Of a stretch of 64,000 nt of DNA, positions 51,444-64,000 are shown one piece after another; within the stretch, counting starts at the first letter, position 1, and every line of letters starts with the position of its first letter. A program made the position numbers and the translations under genes. The notes below the pieces were generated by a model that saw only the letters and a program-made list of their open reading frames with translations, was not told the DNA's origin and did not search any database. The stretch comes from Coniocarpon cinnabarinum. Lineage: Eukaryota. The stretch spans positions 1 to 64,000 of the forward strand of contig JAVECO010000054.1 of NCBI GenBank assembly GCA_051942205.1, written 5' to 3'.

Positions 51444-53209
51444 GGTCTGGTCTTGAATGGTCACAAGGAGTGGAACAATCAATCAGATCGTCCGGGATTT
51501 GCTTGATTGAGTGGATAGTGTTGAATGCTGATCCGCAAGGGAGAGACTGGGGTGAGAATGGGTTTCTGTTGTTTGGGAAAGGATTGTGATGGATGCAGGC
51601 GTTTTTGTAATGTCTTTTGCAAGAAGCGGCGGAAAGTTAGTTTTGATGTTTGCACGCGTGACATGGGGTCCTATAGCTGTTGGGTGGAAGACTTACTCTG
51701 GTCAAAGAACGACTAGGGTCAGGTGAGAAAGGCGTTGTTGAAGTGAAAGGAATGAACGGCGCCAGAGAATGTGGCTGTAGGTCAAAGTAGGTAAAACGGG
51801 TAGGACGAAGAAGTGAAGATAAGTCTGGTGGTCAAAGGAGCGACAGAGGGTGGAAATGCGGTCAGAAGAAAAGGTATGACAGGAACAGCAGAGGGAAGAG
51901 GAAGTCAAAGGACGGTGAAGTAGGAAGAAGAGGTCTAGGGTTTTGGGGGGCAAAGGCCGGAGCCGAAGTGGGCGAAGTCAGTCACAGTTGCAGTTGCGCG
52001 GTGGAGGTGCCAGTGTCAGTGTAGGTGCAGGTGCATCACGACTAGCGCCATCTTGCTATTGCGAACGTCTGTCGCAGCTTCCCTGTCACCTCGACGATCA
52101 CGCTTGTCCCATTCGCACAATCTCGAGACCTCGAACTGCAAGCGCCTCCACTTCATCTGGGCCAGGAGTGCAGATATCCTTTCGCGCGTCTGCACCGTCT
52201 CCAGGCACTGTGGGTCCGGCTTACGAAGACACCTTTCTCCCGTGTAAAAGTAATCTCGACAAGGGACACGTCTTGGCTATGATGTCCGAAAGTTTGCTTG
52301 GGAAAGCAACAAGCGGACACCTGGCAAGCATAATGTGGAAAGGGGGGATGGGAAAGCAGAAGCGAGGCGTACTCCGTATGCAGCAACAATCAGCAAATAT
52401 CAGTGGACGAGGAGCCGAACTTCTTGGCTGGCCGGCTAGCGGGAGAGACAGACGGACAGCTGTTTGCAGGCGTCAAATGATGTCTCCATCTCGGCAGTGA
52501 CAACAGCAATGGTTGGGCGTGAGCGTGTCGAGTGATTCCACAAGCAATGGACGGGGGGTTAGGAAACAGAAAAAAAGGTAGACGGTGAGTGGGCGGGTGC
52601 GGCACCACTGCCCAACAGGGTCATTACTCGGGGCATGTCCCAGGGATCTGCTGATAGCATGCCCGCAGAATCTGTTTCACCTTCTCGCGCTAATGCACTT
52701 CCGACAAACGGGGCCAGAAACGTCCATACGTTGGTACCATATCAGGCAGCTGCCATGCTGCGTTGTAAAATTAAGAAGTGCCAACAGCGCTTCCGCTACT
52801 CCCCATGAAACCACTCCACCCGGTAACAATTGGCCGCAGCCCCTTGCCTAGAAAACTTCGTGCTTCTAGATAAGAGATTGCCCTCGCATCTGAGATGGGA
52901 ATTGTGGGTATTGTCTGTGCCGAGCGCTTCGCCGGTACAAAGCAGAATGTAGGTAGAACGTGCGTCTGTGGTTGCACACTGGCCCGTTGCCTGCTGCTTC
53001 CGCTTTAGTACGCATGCTCGTGGGACAAGCGTAACAGTCATCTCGGTAAGCAAGTCGCTGCACGCGGCAGTCGTGATCTGTGATCACGCTCATGCACACA
53101 TGCCCCACATGGCGCGGCAGGTGACTAGCTTGTGCTTTGTCTTTCTACTGTGCCTATCTCGAAGAAACAACTTCATACATCGAGCCCCCAATGAGAAAGC
53201 AAGGTCGAT

Positions 53210-53901
53210 TCACTCTTTGAAATCGGCCAGGGACGGTAGACAGAGGATACCTGCACACTGTTGATACTTCGCCGTGGCGTTTTCAAAGGCTCGATCAATT
53301 TGGCCCGCAATTAACGGTGCGGCACTCGCAAACGGTTCCGCCAGCTTCGCCTCCAGCGCCGTTGCAAAGGCGGCCGATTCCTGCTGCTGTGTCTGCAGGT
53401 TTTCCTCTACCGTCTTGGAAAGATCGCCAACAAAGAGGACGGCTGTAGCAAAAGACGGCTTGTGTGCCACAATATTGGTGAGTAGCGAGGCAATCTGGAG
53501 TTGCAGGTTGAGCACCGCGTTGGCGATGTCAGTTGACTCGTTGCTGGTAAACGGTGCAGAGCTCTGAACGTCGCTGGTGGTGGCTTCCAAGTCCTGACCG
53601 AGGCGCTTTGTTTGCGATTGCACTTGAAGCGCGACCACGAGACCCAGTGGATCCAAGGGCTAACAGCAGTCAGCAAAACGTGGATAGTAGGTCAGGTGGA
53701 GCAATGAAGCTCTGAAATGTAACACGACTGTTGACGTACAGGGAATCGATTCAGGGTGCTGTTCAGGGTCGAGATGTCGTTCACCACCGTGCCAATATCA
53801 GCGAGTACTTGTGCGGCATCATCCGTTGTTTGACGCTTTCCCAATGGCGAGGTCAATATCAGTGGAACGAATGTGAGAGCAATGAGAGCGTGGAACAACA
53901 T
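53210..53901 (-). CDS. Secreted HsbA-like (hydrophobic surface binding / cell-wall mannoprotein) protein, 2 exons
   Basis: Signal peptide plus 'SPLGKR' propeptide; intron 53739-53660; amphipathic helical pattern 'FTSNES..IA..V..LQ..I..LL..IVAHKP.F'. Confidence 0.72.
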
Positions 53902-55094
53902 GCTGTCAAGCCGCTTCCCGACGTTGCTTGCTTTTAGACTGCACTAAGCTTCGAAAACTGCTGTGCTACTAAAGGATTCTGCAGGAACCGGCGAAGAGCG
54001 AAGAGCTTTGGAACACACGACCATGTTGCTTTTGAAGTTTCTAAAGAAGACCTGTCCTCCTCTTCCCCTCTTCCGCTCGGCTTGGCAGCACAGATGTGGC
54101 AGCATAGGGTCGTGGACAAAGGGCAGTCGGGAGTAGTTGAACCATGTTCAAAAGGATTATATCCGGCGCGTTTCTAGAAGTGGGACTCTCGAGTAGGATT
54201 TGCAAGCACAAGGCGCAAGCGAGGAAGGATTAAGCGGCTTCACGTTCGGTCGACTGAGGCAGCAGCAACGCATGGTTTAGGTGAGGGGCACCGGTGATCG
54301 TTTTGCAAGAGCGGTCAAAGCAAAAGCCTAACTTGGCTCAGAGTTCGTCGAGATCTCGTCTGGTCAAGGAAGGGGTAAGTCAGTGATGTGGAAGCCATCT
54401 CAACGCACGTGAGTGTTTTCTGTCCAAACAAATTTTCAATGCTCTGGGACCGCTGTTGTGCCTGTCTTAAACGATTGTCGACTTCTCAATCTAACATGTT
54501 AAGACGAATTTGTTAGCAGCACTCGCACCGAGTATTCTACCTATCCTGTTATCAGACTTGGATAAAGCTTGTCAAAAGCCATCCCTAAGCCAAAGCACCG
54601 CCGAGGTAGATCGTGGCTGTCAGGAACGCTCATCGGAACCCCGCCCGAACGTGACTTAACGTTGCTACAATTTCACATGCTGCTGACAGGTAGACCCAAG
54701 GCTCAGCATGCAGAGACCTGTTACCTCGCCAAAAGATCCCAAACCTCGCAGAGCAAATGCACAGTATGCTCTGAAGCTGAAGCACGAGTCGTTAGCTTAG
54801 CGGCTGTCTGCCGAGTAGTCGTGCGCACAGCGCTCTCCCAGTTTTGACGAAAGCCTAAATGTGTGGCACCACAACGGCGATTGCAAGTCGAGTCATCTTG
54901 GGCGGAGCTGAAGATAATCGTAGCTCCTCATAAGTGCAACGGCAATAAATGAGGACTCTTGCTTGTGGTCTCATGATGGGAAAATTGTATGTCGTGCAAC
55001 TCATACGCAGATGATGTGCGTCCCGACCATCACCTCTTCGTGCGTATTGGCGACCACTTCGTGCAGGCTACTTCAAGATCGCAACATACGTCTG

Positions 55095-56878
55095 TCACGC
55101 ACCTCTTTGACTCGCCGTCCGTCTCATCTCGGTCCCATAACCACTCAAACTGGGCCCTCGACTCATCGTGACACCTCCGATCGCACTGGCTCCTCTGGCC
55201 ATATCAACACCACTTGTGCTCTCATCCCTCAACATGTTAAAAGTCGAGGATTGTCCATCAGCTTGCGCTTGTGCCACGGCCAGGCCCGTTCCCAGACCGG
55301 GCCGATCCACACTACGTTTCAACATCTCATCGTAGTTCGGGTCCTGCATCCCTCGCTTCATCATCAGAAGGTCATGTGTGACTTCGGCGTCGGTCGCGCT
55401 CGGTGGAGGTGGCGCAGACGCATTTGACTTTTGCATTGCTGCAGTTGTATGAAGGCTGTACGGTGGTAATGAAGCTGGCGCATTTGATCCGAAAGGTAGC
55501 CCAGTGGTAGCTAGTGTGGAGGGTAAAGTGGACGTCGCAATATCTGATAGAGCATTGAGAGGATTGGCTGCAGCTGCAGCAGCCCTTTGTGTAGAGCGTG
55601 TGGCATGTGTATTAACCCGTGCTTGCTGCTGACTTGACTGTTCCTCGTCTGCACCGATCTCGCCCTCTTGCTTCTCTTTCTCTGCATTTCCATTCGAACC
55701 ATCCTCAGTCACACCGTTGCCTTCAATGTCTCGCCCGCCGCTTGGAGCTTCGTTTTGTTGATGCTGCATCGCCAGATTCTGGAGGCGATTGCCATCTAAG
55801 CCCTGAGCTTTTAAGCGAGCAAAGTACTCTGCTGTCATCAAGTGGGCGCGATCAAGATTGTGAGCAAGCTCTTTCTCAGAGTAGAGTCGTTCAATCGAGT
55901 ACAGCGGAGCCTCAAATTGTGCCTGCTCCAGCTTCCTTTTCGCATCTTTGTATGGCGCATTCATCGTGGCTGTGGAGCCCTCATTCGCGCTGGCATTGTT
56001 TCTACTCGAAGGGCCTGGCGATCCATTTTCATCATTCTCAAATGCAGCCTTGCGCTTTCGTTTGCTTTCCTCGGCTTTTGCAAGGAGACTTGATGGCTCA
56101 TCTCCTTCGCCTGGACGAAGTCGGGTATTTCGAGTCTTTCGTGGATTCAGCGGACCGCCTGGTGAAATGGGATTGCCGATGCTGAATTGTGATGGGTTCA
56201 ACAGCAGGGCGTTCGAGTCTGCAATGTCTAGTTGCTCCTTCTCTTTCAACAGCCTTGTTCGAGCAGTCATTGCTGATTGGATGATGCGATCGCGAAGGCT
56301 AGTAAGAAGGAGCTCGTGTTCTGATCGAGCAAGCTGGATCGCATACTGGGTCTGCTTTCTTATGTCGGTTAAGGAGTTTTGATAATTATCCTGTAGCCTG
56401 TTAGGAAGTGTTGCGCAACGCATTAACGATTTGGACCCACGTAGATCGAAGTCAAATCAGCGTCTCTCTGCTCAAGTGCACTGTTGATCTCCCTCACGAA
56501 TTCTGGGTAGAACTTTCCACTGGCATGCTGAAAGCTGGGCTCGGCTTCAGGTGCAATAGGTCTCTGACTGCATATCTCATTCCGAGCATCTGCCATTTGC
56601 CGAGCTATGCCACTGGGAGTGTCATCGAGAGGGCCATCTCGGTAGGGATCAGCGCGCATGAGTAGATTGATCTCGCATTGAGCTGCTGAGAGCTGCGCCC
56701 AGTAATGGTCGGTGTGATTCTGTTCGAAGGTGCTATTGATTGCGGCCATCCTTTCCGCAAGTTGAATGCGCTTGCGCTCTTTCTTGTTCTGAGGCTGCTG
56801 AGAGGCGGGAGACGGTGATCGACCGTGGGTACGCGGGCCCAAGCCGGGAGAAGCTCGAGGAGACATGACACGAGCCAT
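55095..56878 (-). CDS. SDS3: Sds3-family subunit of the Sin3/Rpd3L HDAC complex, 2 exons
   Basis: 'KKERKR..LAERM..I..F..N...Y..QL...Q.EINL..RADPY'; intron 56440-56391 joins the 151-aa and 442-aa ORFs; 'RLLKEKEQLDIADSNALLL'. Confidence 0.8.
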
Positions 56879-57247
56879 TTGCTGACGAATACTGGAGTCT
56901 GAGACTCAGCTGCGCTGAAAGCACCTGCGGTAGCTAAGTGAAGGGAAGGTTGGGAAGCACTGCGAGTGATTCTGGTCGAGAGAGGTGACCACAAGCCATC
57001 CAGGTACGCCGAGAGATCTGATCTGATAGCACGGACCACGATGATGATAATCTTTTACCTCGCCCTGCCACAGCGCGCTTTTACCACGACGAACTTCTCC
57101 CCGTTCTCTAGATTTCGTTTTCGACGATGAACTGGTTGACTTGCACACCCTTAAGCTTCTGTAGAGTCGGCGATATTTGGTACAGTGCTGTCATTGGTAG
57201 CTAAACATGAAGCCGACCAGTAATTACCCGCCTACGTCTTGCCCAGC

Positions 57248-58488
57248 TCAAGGGATGATCTTCGCCTTTCTCATCCTTTGAAACGCTGCCACATAGCCAT
57301 CCTGCACTGTATCGACCATCTCTTGGAAGCCAGCTTCACGTACTGCGCTCATGTCATACTGCCGATCAAAGTCGAAAGCAATCGTTACGCCGTCAATGAA
57401 CCCCCAGCTGTATTTCTCATAGATGCCCGTCTTTAGGCCATTCTTTTGCTCGAGCTCTTTCCACTTTCCCTCATTGTCCTAAGGAAGCAAAAGTCAGCCA
57501 ACATATATGAATAGACTATGGCAGATAAACGAGCAATAGTGCATACTTTTGCCCACTTGTCCATCGCTCCCATCTTGCCGCTGTCTTTCCCGGGTCCAGT
57601 ACCCTTCAATCCAAAGAAGGCCGCAATCCTCGGCCACTTCTCCTCCCATGTAACCACAGGGCCATCGCTGGAATTGAAGCTGCGGCCGTTTCCAGTCTTG
57701 TCACCGTTTAGAGCAGCAAAAATTTCAAACCGGGCAAGTATATCTTGAGAGGTATCTGTATGCTTGTTTGTCCAAGCCTTTTGACTGCCTGGAAATGGCA
57801 CATCAGATCCATCTCCATGAATGGCACGCCAGAGCGTCAGATAGAAGCCCAGCCCTTGCGCAGCGTTCATGAAATTCGTCCCAGGAGTGAACCCAACGAT
57901 CACGTCCGGCCGTACTTCAGTAAACGTCCAGGGCTTGCCTTTGGCTAGCGCCGCTAACGAATCGTACTGATGATAGTAGAAGATCTTATCGGCGTGCTCT
58001 TGCACGCGTGGGAGCTTCTCACTGAGAGGAGCGGGAATCTTGACTCCTTGGTTGACAAACTCGACACCGTACGCCTTGCCGCCAGTCTGTAGAATCACAT
58101 GTTGCAGGTGAGTAGCGCCGCATAGTTGATCGACAGCCTTCATGGCAGTCTCGAGCAAATCTTTGTTAACTTGCACCAGCGAAGGATAGTCCGGCGTCTC
58201 GATGTAAGCAGTGAAGAAGACATGTGTGACGGTCTCGACTAACGCGACCTTCTCCTTGAGCAACGCCTGGACGGCACTCACTGACTGGGTGAGATCAACG
58301 CCCGAAGCAAGGTGAAGACGAGAGTCAGTCGGTAGCAGAGAGTCTTCGTGAGCCAGCGGTCGGTTCGTCAAAGCAGTCACGCGATGAAACGTCTCTGGCG
58401 TAGGATATTTCAAACACTCCTTTGCAATGGCCCATCCAGACACGCCGCTGGCGCCGAATACGAGCGCGTGAAACTGGTTTGGCGGCAT
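57248..58488 (-). CDS. PRISE-family NAD(P)-dependent reductase (progesterone 5-beta-reductase / SirQ-like), 2 exons
   Basis: 'ALVFGASGVSGW', 'THVFFTAY', 'LQTGGKAYG', 'FYYHQYD', 'VRPDVIVG'; intron 57546-57479; last exon ends 'RMRKAKIIP*'. Confidence 0.85.
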
Positions 58489-59837
58489 GTTGAATTTCTT
58501 TCTTCGAGCGGGAAACAGAGTCTAGTGCAGAGTGAAAATGGTCACTTGGTCTTTCTTCAGAATCACCGAACAGCCATTGCAATGGTCAACGCCTCTCACT
58601 ACTTTCAACAACCAACCACGCCAACGTCATACCTTCGCTGTTCGGTCAAGACATGTCCGAGCTGTTTGTCTTCACGCCACCCTATCACTATCCCCTAGGA
58701 GAACTTCACCTCCAGTGCAAGGGTCCAGCAGAAGCGCGACTGGGAGGAGTCGGCTTTCACCTTCTTTGTATGACTTTGCGTCCTTGTTATATCCTCAAAA
58801 GCGTTGTATCTTTCTCCCAACTTCGCTCAATCTAATTTATTCCGAGGTAGAGGTCTCCATCAGCCCTCCTAGACAGTCGAACAATAAGATATTGATCCCT
58901 TTTCATGATCCGCAAGATTGCCAAGACCCGTCCAAACTATTCGTCCTTTCGTATGAAGGCATAATTGCAGCTTTGGAACGAGAGCACGCCAGACTCTCCA
59001 TCCTCGTGGCAATATTTTTTTGTTCACGTCACAGCCATACTCAACAGATTCATAATGTACTTCTCGCCATGGACTTGATTGCTCCCACATTTGCTATCGT
59101 GAAACTCCATCCCCTGTCGCAAACAGAAGCAAGGAGGGTCTTTCGAAGAAGATCATACCATCCCAGGAGAAGCCTCGACCCCCGGTCTAGATAGTGGTAA
59201 TGTCGGTAACCGTTCGAGGCATATTCTTAGTATATTGACCCCTGGAATGAATCCTAAAGGCAATGTTCTATTAGTCATGTTGACAATCTTTTGAAGCTCA
59301 CGTGACGCGGAATGTTTATTTGAACGAGGCAAGCTTGCTGAACTCTTAAGTCAGAGATCTGGTTACAGGCAATACTGAAATCTGCCGGGAAGCAAACCTA
59401 AGTTTCGCGGATAAAATTCGAGCTGTGACGCAGGTATTTGCTGAGCCATCCTAGTAGAATTCTGTAGTCGATATCTGCTCCCGCGGCGCGACGTGGTGGT
59501 GTAGTACTCGGCGATCTCGTAAGACCGTGCAGATATCGGCTAATGGAACATGTTCAGTAATGATCCTCGATTTTTGGGGGATCTTCGAGGTCTTTGAAAG
59601 CGGCGGCGGGAAGCAGTAGAATACTAAGTGAGGGGTATCGTCATTCTGAAACGCAGCAAATCTATAATTGTAGTAACGACCGAAGACCGTAACCACATGC
59701 GCTCACGCACACCGCCGTGGACTATCAGCGCCTTGCTATAGTCCCTTCGTCAATCATCTACTGTACACGAACTGCTTCCCTGTTCTGTTCAACAAGTCCA
59801 CTTTCCATTTGGGCCGTGCAACTCATCAACTCCATCA

Positions 59838-61691
59838 TTAATGAGCTCTATTCGCCTTCTCCTGACACTCGCGGTAGTCAATCTCATCAGCATCCACACC
59901 CCTCGTCTCGGGCACAAACAAAAAGGTGCAAACCGCGCCAGCTAAGCCGCAGGCAAAGAAGATCCATAGCACGTTCGCCGTACCGATCTCACTATCCTGA
60001 CTCAGGTAGTTGAACAGCACACCCGACAGAATGGCGCCCAGCTTGCCCATAGCAGCGCTGAAGCCATGCGCAAATCCGCGCACGCGACTGGGGAAGACCT
60101 CACCAGGAACAATGAACGTGGTGGCGTTGGGTCCAAAGTTGAAGAAAAGCTGCGCAATCGTGAAACACACGAATTTCGAAGCCGTACTAAGGCCGTTGAA
60201 GTCGCCTGCGAGGATGCCGAACATGAGCGATGTGATGAGGAAGCCACCAATTTGGATCCATTTACGGCCGATGATCTCAATGAAAGCGATGGTCAGGAAG
60301 TAGCCTGGAACGTACCCGGCCGCGGCGACGATGAGATTGCCTTCGGCTGTCTTGAGAAGGGTGTCCCATTCTGTTTTGCCCTTTGCGAAACCAATGTCGG
60401 TGAGCAGGACGGATTGATTCAGATTAGTGCCGTAGAAAGCGACGTCCACAAGAAACCAGGTTGAGGCGGTGCCAATCAATGTCTTGAGATGGCGCCACTC
60501 GGAGAAGTAGTTGATGAAAGCTCGCATTTGCACATTCTTGGGAGGTGCAACAGCCTGCGCTTCAACGGCTACAGATGCGCGGCGGAATTCATCGTCGGAG
60601 TCATCAGAGCCTGTCGATTTCACAGCAGACTTGGCGACATGGCCCTTCTCGCCGCCGAAAGAGGTCACGGAAGACGCCATGGAGCTGTTGGCGACTGACG
60701 AGAGTTCCGTTGATTGCAAAAATTTCTTGCCCTCAGGCATAGTTAGACGGAAGTAAAGCAGCGCAAAGCAGGGAACAAGCGCAAGCCCAAATTGCAGACG
60801 CCAGACCCCGTCCAGTTTACCGTAGTGGCCTGCAGTGAGGGAGTCCTTGAAACAGCCGAGCAGGATGAGCGTGACGATTGAGGAGGCCAGTGTGCCCCAG
60901 CCCTGGTTGGAGAAGATCCAGCCGAGCATTTTACCGCGATTTTGAAGCGTCGAGCGCTCAGCGACGATCGCAGCTGACATAGGGTAGTCGCCGCCAATGC
61001 CGATACCCAAGAGAATGCGGAAGCCGAAAAGATACCACATCTATGAGAGAATGGAGTCAATTAAAATTCCGCTTTTAAAAAGTGCATTTTTGAATAGGCG
61101 GTCGTCGGAGAGAAATTCAAGCCCAAACTGACCTTGTTTCTCGCAGGCTCGATGTGGTGGTTGGGCAGCGAAATGAGCAGGATGATGCCAACAATCGCCA
61201 CGATCAGTTCCTTGCCGTACACGAACTTCCGGCCAAAGCTGTCACCCAAGAAGCCGAACATGATCTGACCGATGACATTGCCAATGTTGGCACCCGCGTT
61301 CACAGCACCACGGAGCAAAACCGGAATCTTGGGCGAGCTCTTGCCCTGAAGGCCGCCAAAGTACTCATACTGCAATATTGGCGTAACTTGATTGATGATG
61401 AACAGGTCGTAGGCGTCGAGGAAGAAACCGACACCGCAGATGAGGTAAAGCTTAAGCTCAGCCCAGGTCATGACCTTGCTGAGGCCAGTGACCCGGTGAG
61501 AGGCCTTGTACTCTTCGAGGGTGACAATGTTGCCATTATCGTCCCTGCGCGTGTACGCCTACAATTGGGCGTGTTAGCATAGGAGAACCTATCAGCCTGC
61601 CTCAGAATTGTGGCGTCCGCCAATTTCCGAGTAAATGGTCTAAAGATCATGCAGAATGCAATAGACTTACCTGCTCTTCCCAAACACCCAT
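59838..61691 (-). CDS. MFS phosphate:H+ symporter, Pho84-like, 3 exons
   Basis: 'GVGFFLDAYDLF', 'GDSFGRK', 'GIGIGGDYPMSA', 'SNQGWG', 'WFLVDVAFYG', 'FFNFGPNATTFIVPGEVFP'; introns 61670-61559 and 61132-61041. Confidence 0.88.
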
Positions 61692-62277
61692 GTCGGGCAG
61701 TGGTGGATTTGGATGGGGCCTTGCTTGATGGTTTCACAGTCGATCAGAGTTTTGCGAAAGTGCCAAGGAAGCGAGCAAGAAATATATTCCAGGTCCCTGA
61801 GCGGTTGGGGGCTACTGGCAATGAAGTAATCTTGACCTCACCGATTCAAGTGGGGAACAGGAAGACGTTGACCTCCGCTGGACCACGTCAACCCTTGGAC
61901 CGAAATGCACGACTGTTGGCGGATGACGACGAAGAGGAGAAGAGGAAAACAGCAAGAGAAGGGACAGCGAGAGAGCTATATGGACAGATGCACGGCAGTT
62001 CGAGGCCTGCAGTTGCACCAGTCAAGTCGAGACGGAGGAGTGCCCGATGGAGGATAGAGGCGAGAGGGAGCGACCGTTAAGCAGCAGAACGATCATACTG
62101 TAGCGGCGGTGGAGCCAATGAGGGCGAGGGACAGCCGCAGGTGCAGGCGAGGGGAAGAGGGAAAGGGAAGTGATTGCCATGTGAGGCGAGGTGCTACGTT
62201 GGAAGCATCCGCCTGGACCAGACACGACCGCGGCGCCGGCGACGAAGAAGGAGAATCGAATGCAAGGCGGGTAGCAG

Positions 62278-62642
62278 CACGTGTGGGCAGGGATGTGTGC
62301 TGATTGATGGAGCAGGTCGACAGACAGAGACCAGCAATCACCGCAAGCCTTGGCTAGCCGTGGACGATGAACGTTAAGGCGAGACCATCTTGGACAAGTG
62401 ACTGCTGCAGTGGCGCAAAGAAGATGCAGGAACTGAAGTCCGGGAGCGCTGATTGCCCGAAGGGGAGATGGAGGAGCTCTGGGATGGTGAGGGCGTGGTC
62501 TTGGCGGAGAATTTCAGAATTTCCTCAAGCACGTGGGCTCTTGATTGGCTGACAACCTCTCTTTCCTCCCCTTGCCTATATCCTCACCACCACCACACCC
62601 CAACATCCCTGCGCCTTCTAGAATCATGTCAGCTCGCACGTG
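62278..62642. promoter_or_regulatory. Cluster of three CACGTG E-boxes upstream of the Pho84-like gene (candidate Pho4/NUC-1/PalcA sites)
   Basis: GCACGTG with CACGTG at 62278, 62530 (GCACGTGGG) and 62637, 0.6-0.95 kb upstream of the ATG. Confidence 0.55.
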
Positions 62643-64000
62643 CCTCGCATCCACTGGAGCCACAGACCGCTTTGCAACCCGGCTGAAATGGTCAACATCT
62701 CTCGCTCGTCCACTCTCGTCTACCCAGCCAGAGTGGAGGCGCCGTTGTCCTCAAGAGTCCTCGATTGTGTCCAAAATTTGTCAAACTCCCACAGCTTTAA
62801 CGAGGAAACTTCTCGGCTGCGGAGTAAGGTGATGGTGCCAGGCGGCGTGATGCCTCTTGCTTGCGGCTAGATCGATCACCGGTTGGCAGCAAGGAGACGC
62901 CGTCCATGTTCGATCGATTCATCTCAGCTCGTGAGAAAGTGCCGTGGAGCGACGCGAGTAGTGATGACCATTGGACTTACGCGTTCGCTGACGCCCTTGC
63001 AACTTAGCTGGCTTCACCTATGCGTTGGTCCTTTTCTTCTGCATTCGTCGACCTTGACTGTACTCCACAGTACCCTCGATGATTCAATGCTGAGATCCCG
63101 ACGTCAGGCCCACAGAAAGGTAGCGCTTAGTACGTGGTGGGAAGAGCGCATGCAAATGTCTGGGGGAAGAGCCCCAGACATTAGGAAACCTCAAGTCCGC
63201 CAGCCGTGCTCACTTAGCAAAAGCAACAAGTAACCAACTGGACACCGAGTGCCCACTGACAGATGTCGCTATCCATGATCCCTGACATTAATCACGGGCT
63301 GATCCGCTGACAGTGCCTGCAACATGTGCGTCAGGGTGCTTGCCAACCCTGGCAACCATGCATTGGGTCCCACAAGAGTCCCACTTCGGACGCCCCTGTT
63401 CTGCAACCTCGCCTCAAATAATAATATGCTGCCCGCAATAATCTTGCTATTAACACGAAAGCTGCATTGATCTGCCTACGCCCTACCTTTCACGTTGATG
63501 TCCGTCGAGAATTCTTTTTGCACCGTTTCAGAGGCATAAGGGACATCCCTAGGACCCATCAAATCTGCTCGCACGAGTCACCGTATACCTTGTAGTCGTG
63601 ACACTCGGTCTTTGTCCTTTTCAGCGAATGTGCGCGCAGCATGGTTCTGATTTCATTTCCTCGCTTTCGCCGGCGCTGAATATTCCTCCGTCAATCCTGA
63701 ACAATCGTGCATACGCTCAAAGCTCGGAAGTTGAGACACGGCGGCGTGATTTGACAAGCTTCTGGTCGTTGGACCAACGTTTGAGATATCGGCATTGTCA
63801 TCAAGAAAGGCTTTGCGAATTTTCTTCCTCTGCCACTCACCCATCAATATTCTCGAGAGGGGTAAGGCTCTGCGGTGAACCAAAGCGAATCAAGCTTGAG
63901 CTTCAGTACTGGGAATTTCGAGGGAGCAAAACATTGTCGATCTTGATGTATGACTTTAAGTTTGTTTTTGTTGGACAAAATTTCGTGGAGAGACTGTGTT

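Noticed and set aside
57248..58488. SirQ-like reductase as a sign of a secondary-metabolite cluster
   Set aside because: No NRPS, PKS, terpene synthase or P450 genes in the window.
58532..59194. 220-aa ORF divergent from the PRISE gene
   Set aside because: Non-ATG start, overlaps the promoter region, no recognisable domain.
24873..61691. Possible phosphate/nucleotide-salvage gene cluster (Det1-like, PI-PLC-like, PRS5, PNP, Pho84-like)
   Set aside because: The genes are spread over 37 kb among unrelated housekeeping genes; no shared motif cluster was noticed except at the Pho84-like gene.
63653..63883. Short minus-strand ORF near the window end
   Set aside because: Could be the last exon of a gene outside the window, but nothing here supports it.

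Overview
Genomic DNA from a filamentous ascomycete (Pezizomycotina-type short GT-AG introns, RIP signature); the species cannot be determined. Bases 1-~14,700 are an extremely AT/TpA-rich, RIP-destroyed block of three nested Ty3/gypsy LTR retrotransposons. A complete 7.29-kb element (407-bp LTRs, CTAAG target duplication) sits inside the RT of a second element, which in turn interrupts a third, opposite-strand element. The remaining ~49 kb is gene-dense. It holds a P5B ATPase, a CMAS/CNMT-like methyltransferase, Bur1/Sgv1 kinase, a Det1-like phosphatase, PRKRIP1, a secreted PI-PLC-like protein, PRS5, a Pth11-like receptor, PNP, a BTB-like protein, a DUF4185-like secreted protein, an HsbA-like protein, Sds3, a PRISE-type reductase and a Pho84-like transporter. 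It also holds a fold-back MITE and a decaying orphan island at 30-35 kb. The most striking feature is a tRNA-Ile(AAT) gene at 33,333-33,488. It has a canonical 37/38 intron and a second 54-nt insertion in the variable loop that looks like a spliceosomal GT...CTAAT...CAG intron. Two of the retrotransposons also appear to carry an antisense Zn2Cys6-like gene. All family assignments are from motifs recognised by eye; no database search was run.
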